From assembly GCA_016287675.1 (NCBI GenBank), contig JAEFAR010000024.1, positions 8,137 through 32,136 of the forward strand: 24,000 bases of DNA, read 5' to 3'. The notes beneath the pieces are model-generated. The model searched no databases. It was not told the DNA's origin and saw nothing but the letters and a program-made list of their open reading frames with translations. Below are positions 1 through 8,801 of the stretch, one piece after another. Within the stretch, counting starts at the first letter, position 1, and each line of letters starts with the position of its first letter. Position numbers and translations under genes: made by a program. Origin of the DNA: Lachnospiraceae bacterium (GTDB taxonomy: Bacteria > Bacillota > Clostridia > Lachnospirales > Lachnospiraceae).

Positions 1-577
1 TTTTATATTTTTTCAATTCTCTTACGGTTCTTGACAGCGGAAAGCCCACAACATTGTAATAATCACCTTCCAGCCTTTCCACATAGGGAGCAAACAGCCC
101 CTGGATCGCGTAACCTCCGGCTTTGTCAAAAGGTTCGCCGGTATTTACATAGGCTTCGATCTCTTCTTCGGTCATTTCACTGACAAAGACAGCAGTTTCT
201 TCTGAAAAAACGGTTTTAAAAGTCTTTCCGTCCTTTCTCCCCGTAAGGCAGACCCCTGTGTGGACGAAATGTTTTTTACCGGAAAGGAGCTTTATCATTC
301 TGTATGCATTCTCCTTCGTCCCCGGTTTTCCAAGGATCTTTCCTTCAGCAGCCACGACCGTATCTGCTCCTATAATAAGGAAATCTCCTTTTTCTTCCTT
401 TTCGATCCTTTCGTACACATCGGAGGCTTTCATTTCCGCCAGTTCCCTGACCACTTCCTCCGGGATCGAACTGTTTATCTTTTCTTCCTTTTCGGAAGTT
501 ACGATCCTGAACTCTATCCCCAGATTTCCGAGGATCTCACGCCGTCTCGGAGAGCCGGACGCCAGTATTATATTCAT
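1..577 (-). CDS. maf: Maf-family nucleoside triphosphate pyrophosphatase (septum-formation-inhibitor family); the C-terminal end runs off the window
   Basis: Absent from the ORF track because it leaves the window. My translation of the minus strand from the ATG at 577..575 gives MNIILASGSPRRREILGNLGIEFRIVTSEKEE...IIGADTVVAAEGKILGKPGTKENAYRMIKLLSGKKHFVHTGV...GEPFDKAGGYAIQG. These are the Maf signature blocks SGSPRR, GADT and KAGGYxIQ. An AAGGAA sequence lies just upstream of the ATG. Confidence 0.85.
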   Translation of the reverse strand, partial: MNIILASGSPRRREILGNLGIEFRIVTSEKEEKINSSIPEEVVRELAEMKASDVYERIEKEEKGDFLIIGADTVVAAEGKILGKPGTKENAYRMIKLLSGKKHFVHTGVCLTGRKDGKTFKTVFSEETAVFVSEMTEEEIEAYVNTGEPFDKAGGYAIQGLFAPYVERLEGDYYNVVGFPLSRTVRELKKYK

Positions 578-632
578 TAAGCTGTTCCTTTCCGCTGTTA
601 AGGCATTTTCCATGCGCAGCACATTAAGCTTC

Positions 633-661
633 ATTATAATAAAATTTCCACCATTGCGCAA
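633..661 (-). promoter_or_regulatory. Candidate sigma-A promoter for maf (TTGCGC-17-TATAAT on the minus strand)
   Basis: The reverse complement of 656..661 is TTGCGC and of 633..638 is TATAAT, with a 17-nt spacer. It lies about 55 nt upstream of the maf ATG. The -10 is perfect and the -35 is weak. Confidence 0.35.
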
Positions 662-717
662 GGGCGTGTGGGCAGTAATCACCAAATGAATTTTTTTGCA
701 TTATTTTCAAAAAAATC

Positions 718-746
718 TTGCATAATTATAAATTATGTCGTATAGT
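718..746 (+). promoter_or_regulatory. Sigma-A promoter for argG (TTGCAT-17-TATAGT) with a perfect 7-3-7 palindrome in the spacer
   Basis: TTGCAT at 718..723 and TATAGT at 741..746 are separated by a 17-nt spacer. The spacer holds CATAATT-ATA-AATTATG (721..737). It lies about 90 nt upstream of the argG ATG. Confidence 0.55.
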
Positions 747-834
747 AATGAACAAATTTAAACACACGATACTTTGATCGGGACCGGAGGGTTCTTTGCA
801 AACAGTATCAGGACATATAAAAAGGAGAAAAAAC

Positions 835-2061
835 ATGGCAAAAGAAAAGGTTATACTCGCTTATTCCGGCGGTCTTGACACCACCGCGATCATTCCCTGG
901 TTAAAAGAGAACTACGACTACGACGTTGTATGCTGCTGCATAGACGTTGGTCAGGGAAACGAACTTGACGGTCTTGAGGAACGCGCTAAGTACTCAGGTG
1001 CCGAGAAGCTCTACATCCTCGATGTAGTTGACGAATTCGTTGACGAGTACGCTATCCCCTGTGTTAAGGCAGGTGCAGTCTACGAGAACAAGTACCTTCT
1101 GGGTACATCCATGGCTCGTCCCATTATTGCAAAGAAGCTGGTGGAAGTTGCCCGTAAAGAAGGCGCTACCGCTATCTGCCACGGAGCTACAGGTAAAGGA
1201 AACGACCAGGTACGTTTTGAACTCGGCATCAAGGCTCTCGCTCCCGATCTCAAGATCATCGCTCCCTGGCGCTGCACAGACACCTGGAAGATGAAGTCCA
1301 GAGAAGACGAGATCGAATACTGCAAACAGCACAAGATCGATCTTCCCTTCGACGCAAGCCACTCCTACTCACGTGACCGTAACCTCTGGCACATCAGCCA
1401 CGAAGGCCTTGAGCTGGAAGATCCCAAGAACGCTCCCAATTATGATGATCTCCTTGTTCTCGGTGTAACCCCCGAAAAGGCTCCCGACAAGGAAACCGTT
1501 ATTTCCCTCTCCTTCGAAAAGGGCGCTCCCGTTGCTCTCAACGGACAGAAGATGAAAGCTTCCGACATCATCAAGGAGCTCAATAAGCTGGGCGGCGCTA
1601 ACGGTATCGGTATCGTTGACATTGTTGAGAACAGAGTTGTGGGCATGAAGTCCCGCGGCGTTTACGAGACCCCCGGCGGAACCATCCTCATGGCAGCTCA
1701 CGAGCAGCTGGAAGAGCTCATCCTTGACCGTGACACTCTTGCATACAAGAAGGGTATCGGCGACAAGTTTGCGGATGTGGTTTACGAAGGCAAGTGGTTC
1801 ACTCCTCTTCGTGAAGCTCTGCAGGCTTTCGTTGAGTCCACTCAGCAGTATGTGACCGGTGAAGTAAAGCTTAAGCTTTACAAGGGCAACATCATCAAGC
1901 AGGGCACAACCTCTCCTTACAGCCTCTACAACGAGTCCATCGCATCCTTCACTACCGGCGATCTTTACGATCATCACGATGCTGAAGGCTTCATCAATCT
2001 CTTCGGACTCTCCTTAAAGGTTCGTGCAATGATGATGCAGAATAACAAGGACAACAAGTAA
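835..2061 (+). CDS. argG: Argininosuccinate synthase
   Basis: The translation [25 protein letters not shown]...[15 protein letters not shown]...[13 protein letters not shown]...[13 protein letters not shown] shows the classic ArgG ATP-binding and signature motifs. I chose the ATG at 835 because AAAGGAG lies 6-7 nt upstream. The 796 TTG extension in the ORF track would translate through that RBS. Confidence 0.95.
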   Translation: MAKEKVILAYSGGLDTTAIIPWLKENYDYDVVCCCIDVGQGNELDGLEERAKYSGAEKLYILDVVDEFVDEYAIPCVKAGAVYENKYLLGTSMARPIIAKKLVEVARKEGATAICHGATGKGNDQVRFELGIKALAPDLKIIAPWRCTDTWKMKSREDEIEYCKQHKIDLPFDASHSYSRDRNLWHISHEGLELEDPKNAPNYDDLLVLGVTPEKAPDKETVISLSFEKGAPVALNGQKMKASDIIKELNKLGGANGIGIVDIVENRVVGMKSRGVYETPGGTILMAAHEQLEELILDRDTLAYKKGIGDKFADVVYEGKWFTPLREALQAFVESTQQYVTGEVKLKLYKGNIIKQGTTSPYSLYNESIASFTTGDLYDHHDAEGFINLFGLSLKVRAMMMQNNKDNK

Positions 2062-2085
2062 CCTCATATAGCATTTACAAAAAAA

Positions 2086-2125
2086 GACTTTTCTCCGATC
2101 TTATAGTCGGAGGAAATCTTTTTTT
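2086..2125 (+). terminator. Rho-independent terminator after argG (A-tract on the left, T-tract on the right, so bidirectional in form)
   Basis: GACTTTTCTCCGA-tcttatag-TCGGAGGAAATC forms a stem of about 10 bp and is followed by TTTTTTT (2119..2125). It is preceded by AAAAAAA. Confidence 0.7.
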
Positions 2126-2163
2126 GTTTCGGGGTTAAACCGATTGTTTTTTAAAAAAAATGA

Positions 2164-2172
2164 TGATAAAAT
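2164..2172 (+). promoter_or_regulatory. Candidate extended -10 promoter (TGATAAAAT) for the SGNH hydrolase gene
   Basis: TGnTAAAAT at 2164..2172 lies about 60 nt upstream of the GTG start. There is no convincing -35. Confidence 0.3.
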
Positions 2173-2230
2173 TCTTCTTACGCGAGGTGTGAGAAGGCTT
2201 GCGTATTCTGTTTTTTCGGGGGTGTGATTT

Positions 2231-2911
2231 GTGGGTAACACTGTATCTAAAAAAGTAACAAAAATCGTATGTATGGGTGATTCAATAACAGAGGGATTCG
2301 GACTCGGAAACGATTCCGCCATCTTCTATCCCACTGCTTTGAACGAGTATCTCGGACCGGCCTATTCTGTCCTTAACAAGGGTGTGACTTCATCCTGCGT
2401 CATAGATCATGAGATAGACGGCGAAGTCATGGGCCTGCCTTATGTACGGCAGCCGCGCTACACGGAAGCCATCGCAGCCCAGGGTGACATCTATGTCATC
2501 ATGCTGGGGACAAATGATGCCTCCGATGGCTACAATCCGGATACAAAGAAAAAAGAGCCGCTTTTTAACATGATCAAACAGAAGGAGTTTTTCATCCCAT
2601 CCTATCAGACTATCATAAACGATGTGCGAAAAGCTGTTCCCAAAGCAAAGATCTTTCTGGTCACTCCCATTCCCATAATGAAATGCCTGTGGCCCAAGCA
2701 TCAGGAACGCTATCTCGCAAAGCTCCTGCCCATGATCAGGCATCTTGCAAGAGAGAACAAGACCTACTTTATAGATCTTCACAAAGAGTTTCTCCTGCTC
2801 CCCATCGAGCAGCTGGAAAACCTCTATCAGCCCGACGGTCTTCACCCGAATGTGGTCGGTGCCCAGGTCATCGCCAGCATCATTGCGGGATTTATAAAAG
2901 CAAAACACTGA
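2231..2911 (+). CDS. SGNH/GDSL-family hydrolase (esterase/lipase-like)
   Basis: Block I is IVCMGDSITEG, block II is NKGV, block III is MLGTNDAS and block V is DGLHPN. It has a GTG start with GGGGGTG upstream. No signal peptide is evident. Confidence 0.8.
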   Translation: MGNTVSKKVTKIVCMGDSITEGFGLGNDSAIFYPTALNEYLGPAYSVLNKGVTSSCVIDHEIDGEVMGLPYVRQPRYTEAIAAQGDIYVIMLGTNDASDGYNPDTKKKEPLFNMIKQKEFFIPSYQTIINDVRKAVPKAKIFLVTPIPIMKCLWPKHQERYLAKLLPMIRHLARENKTYFIDLHKEFLLLPIEQLENLYQPDGLHPNVVGAQVIASIIAGFIKAKH

Positions 2912-2914
2912 ACT

Positions 2915-2960
2915 TTAAAAGAGCTCCGTTGCTTTACAGCTTCGAAGCTCTCTTTTTTTA
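2915..2960. terminator. Putative bidirectional terminator between the convergent SGNH hydrolase gene and the end of the long minus-strand operon
   Basis: AAAAGAGCT...AGCTCTCTTTTTTT, with an internal self-complementary AGCTTCGAAGCT. A-run and T-run flanks allow function on both strands. The loop is long, so the strength is uncertain. The T-run overlaps the last codons of the minus-strand ligase gene. Confidence 0.45.
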
Positions 2961-4622
2961 TTTGTTCGCATCCTCGTTTCTTATCTGGGCTCTCTTGATC
3001 TTTCCTCCGAGAGTCTTCGGAAGTTCATCCACAAACTCAACGATACGGGGATACTTGTAAGGAGCGGTGGCATGCTTAACATGATTCTGCAACTCCTTGA
3101 TGAGCTCCTCCGAAGGCGTGTAGCCCTTCGCCAGAACGACTGTCGCTTTAACTACCTGTCCGCGGATGGGATCAGGAGCTGCCGTGATGGCACATTCGAC
3201 AACCGCCGGATGCTCGATCAGAGCCGACTCGACCTCAAAGGGTCCGATACGATATCCGGAACACTTGATAACATCATCATGTCTTCCCACAAAGCGGTAG
3301 TAACCGTCATTATCCTTCCATGCAACATCCTTAAGGTTGTAGTCGCCTCCCTTAAATGCAGCATTGGTCTGCTCTTCGTTTTTGTAATAACCGATGAAGA
3401 GTCCCACCGGCGGATTCTTTTTTACTCCGCAGATAGTGATCTCTCCTTCTTCACCGCTCTCACACTCATTTCCGTTTTCATCCATGAGCTTGATATCGTA
3501 GATGGGTGAAGGCTTTCCCATGGCGCCCGGGATGGGTTCGAACCAGGGGAAATCGGCGAAGAGAACGGAGCCTTCGGTCTGTCCGAAGCCGGTGTGTATC
3601 TTTCCGCCGGTAAGTTCGAGCCAGCGGTTGTAAACTTCGGGGTTCAGAGGTTCTCCTGCCGTTGCGAAGTTCTGTATGCTTGAAAGATCGTAGCTCTTAA
3701 CATCCTCCTGCAGCATAAATCTGTACATCGTAGGCGGTGCGCAGAAGGTGGTGAGCTTGTAATCCTGCATGACCTGTAAAAGTCTTGCGGGTATGAATTT
3801 CTTCATATCATAACAGAAAACCGTAGCACCGCAGATCCACTGACCGTAGATCTTGCCCCAACCGAACTTTGCCCAGCCGGAATCGGAAACGCTCATGTGG
3901 AGCTTTCCTTCCCGGACCTGCTGCCAGTACTTGGCGGTAACTATGTGTCCGAGAGGATGGAAGTAGTTGTGTGTTACCATCTTGGGCATTCCGGTGGTTC
4001 CGGATGTAAAATAAAGCTGCATTACATCCGTACCCTTGGTAGCTTCCTCTCCCACAGGTCTTTCGAACACATCGGAACATTTCATGAATTCTTCGTCGAA
4101 GTCGATCCATCCGTCCTTCTTGACATTATCCACCAGTGCAAACTTCGTAACTCCGGGCATTTCCGGCTTTGCAAGCTCTACCTGGCTGATAACGTACTCA
4201 TCATCAACACACACCATCATCTTTACGCCTGCGGCGTTACAGCGATAGGCGATGTCCTTCTTTGTGAGCTGCAAAGTTGCAGGGATCAGGATCACACCGA
4301 GCTTTATAAGAGCTGTGGCACAAACCCAGTACTCCCACCTTCTTCTTAAGATCAGAAGAACAACATCTCCCTTTTTAAGTCCGCAGGATCTGAAGTAATT
4401 GGCGGCTCTGTTTGAAAGCTTGGACATATCCGAAAATGTGAAGCTCTTCTCATGTCCGTCATCATCGATCCAGAGCAGACATCTGAGATCGGGCTTTTCC
4501 TTTGCCCAGCCGTCCACTATGTCAAAGCCGAAGTTAAAGTTGTCGGGTGCATTTACTGTATAGTTCTTTTTAAAATCGTCGTAGGAATCAAATTCTGTTC
4601 TCGGTAAAAATCTCTCTAACAT
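2958..4622 (-). CDS. AMP-forming acyl-CoA synthetase, medium/short-chain (MACS/ACSM-like) family
   Basis: It carries the adenylation motifs YFTSGTTGMPKMV (A3), GFGQTEG (A5), SGYRIGPFEVESAL (A8) and LPKTLGGKIKR (A10 catalytic Lys). I chose the ATG at 4622 (MLERFLPR...) because GGAGA lies 8 nt upstream. The 4640 start in the ORF track would translate through that RBS. Confidence 0.9.
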   Translation of the reverse strand: MLERFLPRTEFDSYDDFKKNYTVNAPDNFNFGFDIVDGWAKEKPDLRCLLWIDDDGHEKSFTFSDMSKLSNRAANYFRSCGLKKGDVVLLILRRRWEYWVCATALIKLGVILIPATLQLTKKDIAYRCNAAGVKMMVCVDDEYVISQVELAKPEMPGVTKFALVDNVKKDGWIDFDEEFMKCSDVFERPVGEEATKGTDVMQLYFTSGTTGMPKMVTHNYFHPLGHIVTAKYWQQVREGKLHMSVSDSGWAKFGWGKIYGQWICGATVFCYDMKKFIPARLLQVMQDYKLTTFCAPPTMYRFMLQEDVKSYDLSSIQNFATAGEPLNPEVYNRWLELTGGKIHTGFGQTEGSVLFADFPWFEPIPGAMGKPSPIYDIKLMDENGNECESGEEGEITICGVKKNPPVGLFIGYYKNEEQTNAAFKGGDYNLKDVAWKDNDGYYRFVGRHDDVIKCSGYRIGPFEVESALIEHPAVVECAITAAPDPIRGQVVKATVVLAKGYTPSEELIKELQNHVKHATAPYKYPRIVEFVDELPKTLGGKIKRAQIRNEDANK

Positions 4623-4646
4623 TTCATAATCTCCAATCAATGTCGA

Positions 4647-5198
4647 CTACTCGGCGATCATTGTAAGGAAGGTTGCCGGCTTGTCGCCGTAGCACTTCTG
4701 ACCGTGTTTGTAGTTCGGGTTAAAATAAATACTGTCGCCTGTGTTTAAAATAATCTCCTGGTCGTCAAAGACGACGACGACACTGCCCGAAATGACAAGA
4801 TTGAATTCCTCTCCCTTGTGGCTTACAAGATCCGCGGGTTTGTCCGAAGGATCCAGAGTTACAAGGAAAGGTTGCATTATTTTGTTAGTGAAGCGATAGG
4901 CGAGATTTTCGAACTTGTATCCCGGATACCTGTCCGCGTTCTGGCCTTCGCCCTTACGAACCACCTGATAAGTACGAAGCTTTGCGCTGGTACCTGTCAT
5001 GATCTCGGAAAAATCCACGTGATAAAGCTTTGCCATTGAATAGATCACACTGATGGGAACGTTCGCTGCAGACTTCTCGTACTCATTGTAAGTCTCAGTG
5101 TCGATCCCCAGCTCGGATGCAACATATTCGGGTGTATAATCGCAAGCATCACGAAGGGCCCTGATCCTCTCAGCCAGTTCTTTTAATTCGTCTTCCAT
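4647..5198 (-). CDS. XRE-family HTH + cupin domain transcriptional regulator (PuuR/SutR-like architecture)
   Basis: The N-terminal part, LAERIRALRDACDYTPEYVASELGIDTETYNEYEKSAANVPISVIYSMAKLY, is an HTH_3-type helix-turn-helix. The C-terminal part, HKGEEFNLVISGSVVVVFDDQEIILNTGDSIYFNPNYKHG, is a cupin beta-barrel. It is clearly homologous to residues 1-195 of the 755-aa protein at 9870..12137. Confidence 0.85.
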   Translation of the reverse strand: MEDELKELAERIRALRDACDYTPEYVASELGIDTETYNEYEKSAANVPISVIYSMAKLYHVDFSEIMTGTSAKLRTYQVVRKGEGQNADRYPGYKFENLAYRFTNKIMQPFLVTLDPSDKPADLVSHKGEEFNLVISGSVVVVFDDQEIILNTGDSIYFNPNYKHGQKCYGDKPATFLTMIAE

Positions 5199-5233
5199 AG
5201 CTGCTCCTTTCGATTAAAGACCGTGGGGACGGA

Positions 5234-6301
5234 TCAATCGATCTTTACGATCCAGTTGTGCTCATCGGGAGCCTTACCCCACTGTATGGAAGTAAGTGTA
5301 TCATAAAGCATCTGAGTTGTCTTTCCTATTTCAAAATTATTGATCTTGTATTCCTTATCCTTGAAGATAAGTTCTCCGATGGGAGAAACAACAGCAGCCG
5401 TTCCGGTTCCCCATGCTTCTTCAAGTCTGCCGCTCTTTGCAGCTTCAAAAAGTTCATCAACGGAGATCCTTCTCTCTTCTACCTTGTATCCCTTAGCCTT
5501 CAGGAGTTCTATGCATGACTTTCTGGTAATTCCCGGAAGCACTGAACCTAAGAGTTCGGGAGTAACAACAACTCCGTCGATCTTGAACATAACGTTCATG
5601 GCGCCCACTTCTTCGATGTACTTTCTTTCAACACCGTCAAGCCAGAGAACCTGTGAGTAGCCCTTCTTTGCAGCCTTTTCGCCGGCTCTGTAGGATGCAG
5701 CGTAGTTACCGCCGCACTTTGCATATCCCGTGCCGCCTCTTACCGCACGAACATCCTCGTCCTCGATCATGATCTTAACGGGAGCGAGTCCTTCTGCATA
5801 GTAGCTGCCGGAAGGGGAACAGATCACGCAGAATGTGCACTGATGAACGGTGTGAACGCCGAGCTTGGGATCGGTTCCGATAAGGAAGGGACGGATGTAA
5901 AGAGAAGTTCCCTCCGAATGAGGCACCCAGTCCTTCTCCACTTCAACGATCTTCTTGATGCACTCAAGCATCTCCTCTTCAGGCATCTGAGGCATGCAGA
6001 GACGCTCTGCGGAATTGTTCATTCTGCGAACATTCTCGATGGGGCGGAAAAGCTGAACCTTTCCTTCTGCTGTTCTGTAAGCCTTAAGTCCTTCAAAGAT
6101 CTCGGCTCCGTAATGGAAAACTGCTGCTGCGGGTGAAAGTACGAAATCTGCGTAAGGCACGATCTCAGCATCCTCCCAGCCGTTCTCAGCCGTCCACTTG
6201 CGGATGAGCATATGATCCGAGAACACTGCTCCGAAGCCAAGCTTTGATTCATCTGTAGGTTTAGCTTTAGGCGAATTGGTAAGTTTTAAATTGATCTTCA
6301 T
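5234..6301 (-). CDS. ilvE: Branched-chain amino acid aminotransferase (PLP fold type IV)
   Basis: MKINLKLTNSPKAKPTDESKLGFGAVFSDHMLI...YGAEIFEGLKAYR...LYIRPFLIGTD...GTGYAKCGGNYAAS...GITR...GTGTAAVVSPIG is typical of the long-form BCAT. The ATG at 6301 is preceded by GGAGGG at 7 nt. The 6376 extension has no RBS. Confidence 0.9.
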   Translation of the reverse strand: MKINLKLTNSPKAKPTDESKLGFGAVFSDHMLIRKWTAENGWEDAEIVPYADFVLSPAAAVFHYGAEIFEGLKAYRTAEGKVQLFRPIENVRRMNNSAERLCMPQMPEEEMLECIKKIVEVEKDWVPHSEGTSLYIRPFLIGTDPKLGVHTVHQCTFCVICSPSGSYYAEGLAPVKIMIEDEDVRAVRGGTGYAKCGGNYAASYRAGEKAAKKGYSQVLWLDGVERKYIEEVGAMNVMFKIDGVVVTPELLGSVLPGITRKSCIELLKAKGYKVEERRISVDELFEAAKSGRLEEAWGTGTAAVVSPIGELIFKDKEYKINNFEIGKTTQMLYDTLTSIQWGKAPDEHNWIVKID

Positions 6302-6352
6302 ATTTATCCCTCCGTTTTCTTTATTTTCCCTTTTACACTTAAAATCGGAACA

Positions 6353-6401
6353 CAGTGTAAGCACTTTCCCGGCCAAATAACGGCGGAGACAGCTTACACT
6401 G
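6353..6401 (-). other. Intercistronic stem-loop formed by a perfect 10-bp inverted repeat with an inner GC stem
   Basis: The minus-strand RNA reads CAGUGUAAGC-ugucu-CCGCC-guuauuu-GGCCGG-gaaagu-GCUUACACUG. It sits between the gamma-subunit stop (6439) and the ilvE start (6301). A third partial copy, AGUGUAA, lies about 15 nt downstream. Confidence 0.6.
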
Positions 6402-6438
6402 CGTCAAGTTCGTATATGTCTGTACAAAGAAACATCTG

Positions 6439-6972
6439 TTACATATTGTAGCCTGTTTCAAGAGCTTTCTTGTTGAACTCAAGCATATCCTGATGTCTTG
6501 CGGAAATGATCTTTCCAAGTACCTTGTCAACGGAATCCATTTCAAATCCGGGGATCTCTTTGATGAGTTTTCCGGTAATGATCATGTTTGCAAGTGTGCT
6601 GATGTTCATGTCATTGGCTGTCTTTGTAGCCGGAATGTAGAAGACCTCCACATCCGTTCTCTCAACCTTTTTGTCGATGAGTGTTGAATCGATGAAGATC
6701 TTTCCTCCGGGTACTACGGAAGCCTCAAACTTCTCAAGAGAAGGAAGATTCATTGCCACCAGTACATCGGGCTTGTTTACAATGGGAGAACCGATGGGTT
6801 CGTCACTGATGATGACGTTACAGTTTGCCGTACCGCCTCTCATCTCGGGGCCGTAGGAAGGAAGCCAGGAAACCTGCTTGTCCTCGATGAGTCCCTTATA
6901 TGCCATGAATTTTCCCGCAAAGAGGATACCCTGACCGCCGAAGCCTGCGAATAACATTCTTGTTGTAGCCAT
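6439..6972 (-). CDS. 2-oxoacid:ferredoxin oxidoreductase, gamma subunit
   Basis: MATTRMLFAGFGGQGILFAGKFMAYKG...SYGPEMRGGTANC is the canonical gamma-subunit N-terminus of the POR/VOR/KOR family. Its ATG overlaps the beta-subunit stop (TGATG), which indicates translational coupling. Confidence 0.9.
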   Translation of the reverse strand: MATTRMLFAGFGGQGILFAGKFMAYKGLIEDKQVSWLPSYGPEMRGGTANCNVIISDEPIGSPIVNKPDVLVAMNLPSLEKFEASVVPGGKIFIDSTLIDKKVERTDVEVFYIPATKTANDMNISTLANMIITGKLIKEIPGFEMDSVDKVLGKIISARHQDMLEFNKKALETGYNM

Positions 6973-7724
6973 CAGTTGTTACCTCCTTCTGCGTAAATGT
7001 CCTTGTAAACGCCCAGAGGATAGTAGGGGATCATGTCTGTCTGGATGAACTCCAGCGCCTTCTCGGGGCTCTTTCCCCAGTTTGTGGGGCAGGAAGAAAT
7101 GACCTCAACAAGTGAGAAGCCCTTTCCTTCAACCTGATTCTTGAATGCATGAAGAATAGCCTTTTTAGCCTTTCTGACATTTGCAACGTTGTTTACCGCA
7201 ACTCTCTCGAGGTAAGCAGCGCCGTCAACCTTTGAAAGCATTTCGCACATCTTCATGGGATAACCTACTGTGTTAACATCACGTCCGTAGGGAGAAGTCT
7301 GCGTAACCATTCCGGGAAGAGTGGTGGGAGCCATCTGACCGCCTGTCATTCCGTAGATCGCATTGTTTACGAAGATAACGGTGATGTTCTCTCTTCTTGC
7401 TGCGGAATGAACGATCTCGGCCGTTCCGATGGAAGCGAGGTCTCCGTCACCCTGGTAGGTGAAGACGATCCTGGAGGGATCGGAACGCTTTACGCCTGTG
7501 GCAACTGCCGGAGCACGTCCGTGAGCTGCCTGAACGCAGTCAACATCGAAGTAATCATATGCCATAACGGAGCATCCTACGGAAGCCACGCAGATGGACT
7601 GTCCCTGTATGCCCAGCTCATCAATGGCTTCGGCAACAAGGCGATGAATGATACCGTGGGTGCAACCGGGGCAATAGTGCAGGGTCGCATCGGTTAATGC
7701 TTTGGGTTTGTGAAATTCAGCCAT
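6972..7724 (-). CDS. 2-oxoacid:ferredoxin oxidoreductase, beta (thiamine-diphosphate-binding) subunit
   Basis: The N-terminal Cys motif is YCPGCTHG. The TPP-binding motif is GDGDLASIG...NNAIYGMTGGQ. Its start overlaps the alpha-subunit stop (TAATG). Confidence 0.9.
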   Translation of the reverse strand: MAEFHKPKALTDATLHYCPGCTHGIIHRLVAEAIDELGIQGQSICVASVGCSVMAYDYFDVDCVQAAHGRAPAVATGVKRSDPSRIVFTYQGDGDLASIGTAEIVHSAARRENITVIFVNNAIYGMTGGQMAPTTLPGMVTQTSPYGRDVNTVGYPMKMCEMLSKVDGAAYLERVAVNNVANVRKAKKAILHAFKNQVEGKGFSLVEVISSCPTNWGKSPEKALEFIQTDMIPYYPLGVYKDIYAEGGNN

Positions 7725-8785
7725 TAGTTTTCACCTCCGTTTACTTTTTCGATGGAGGCAAGCACCTCTTCGGGGGAAGGGATCATTCCGCCCGTGCGGT
7801 TGCAAAGGTAAACAGGTTTCTTGCAACGCTCGGCAAGCTCTACATCCTGGATCATCTGACCCATGTTCATTTCAACAGTGATAAATGCCTTGACCTTGTC
7901 AGCTGCCTCTAAGATGGGCTTCTTGGGGAAAGGCCAAAGGGTGATGGGACGGATCATGCCCACCTTGATGCCCTTTGCACGAGCTGCAACAATGGCATTC
8001 TTTGAAACTCTGGCAGTGATACCGAAGGAAACGATGCAGATCTCAGCATCATCCATCATGTAGGATTCGTACATGACTTCGTTCTCTTCCACTGTCTTAT
8101 ACTTTTCAAAACGTTCAAAATTCTTCTGCTCAAGCTGTTCAGGCTTTAAGTAAAGGGAATTGACGATGTTTCTGGGTCTCTTGCATTCTGTTCCGGTGAG
8201 AGCCCAGGGCTTTGCAACCTCTTCGATCACGATGTCGTCAATGGCAACGGGCTCCATCATCTGGCCCATGGTTCCGTCTGCGAGGATCATGCATACCATG
8301 CGGTACTTGTCGGCAAGGTTGAATCCCTTTGCTGTGAGCATTGCCATCTCGGAAACGCTTGAAGGTGCAAGGACGATGTTATGGTAATCGCCATGGCTTC
8401 CGCCCTTTGTAGCCTGGAAGTAGTCGGACTGGGAAGGCTGGATGCCTCCGAGACCCGGTCCGCCTCTCTGGACATTGACCACAAGTGCGGGAAGATCGCA
8501 TCCTGCAAGATAGGAAATACCCTCACTCTTTAAGGAAACTCCCGGTGAAGATGAGGAAGTCATTACTCTCTTTCCTGTAGAAGATACGCCGATCACCATG
8601 TTGATCGCCGCGATTTCGCTTTCAGCCTGTAAAAATGTTCCTCCGATCTTGGGCATGCGCTTTGACATGTAAGCCGCAACCTCCGTCTGGGGTGTGATCG
8701 GATAACCGAAGTAGTAACGGCAGCCTGCCTTGATGGCAGCTTCTGCGATAGCTTCGTTACCCTTCATCAAAACTTTCTCTGACAT
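7724..8785 (-). CDS. vorB: 2-oxoacid:ferredoxin oxidoreductase, alpha subunit (VorB/KorA-like)
   Basis: MSEKVLMKGNEAIAEAAIKAGCRYYFGYPITPQTE is the typical alpha-subunit N-terminus. The ATG at 8785 is preceded by GGAGAA. The 8812 extension overlaps the delta gene. The symbol is tentative because VOR versus KOR substrate specificity cannot be read from the sequence. Confidence 0.85.
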   Translation of the reverse strand: MSEKVLMKGNEAIAEAAIKAGCRYYFGYPITPQTEVAAYMSKRMPKIGGTFLQAESEIAAINMVIGVSSTGKRVMTSSSSPGVSLKSEGISYLAGCDLPALVVNVQRGGPGLGGIQPSQSDYFQATKGGSHGDYHNIVLAPSSVSEMAMLTAKGFNLADKYRMVCMILADGTMGQMMEPVAIDDIVIEEVAKPWALTGTECKRPRNIVNSLYLKPEQLEQKNFERFEKYKTVEENEVMYESYMMDDAEICIVSFGITARVSKNAIVAARAKGIKVGMIRPITLWPFPKKPILEAADKVKAFITVEMNMGQMIQDVELAERCKKPVYLCNRTGGMIPSPEEVLASIEKVNGGEN

Positions 8786-8801
8786 AGGTGTTCTCCTTCC
8801 C

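Noticed and set aside
258-689. Plus-strand ORFs 258..689 (143 aa) and 260..580 (106 aa)
   Set aside because: They are antisense shadows of the maf gene, with low-complexity Ser/Phe/Ile-rich translations and no RBS. The minus-strand frame gives a clean Maf protein.
691-710. Possible canonical ARG box (TTTGCATTATTTTCAAAA) upstream of argG
   Set aside because: Aligned to TnTGAATwwwwATTCAnw, the right half-site is shifted by one and there are three or more mismatches. That is too weak to call. Only the spacer palindrome is reported, and as an unassigned operator candidate.
796-834. Upstream extension of argG from the TTG at 796. The same pattern of 5' extensions occurs at 4640, 6376, 8812, 9802, 15782, 17714 and 20533 in the ORF track.
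   Set aside because: In each case an internal ATG or GTG is preceded by a GGAG-type RBS at 5-10 nt and begins the conserved family N-terminus. The extension would translate through the RBS or overlap the upstream gene.
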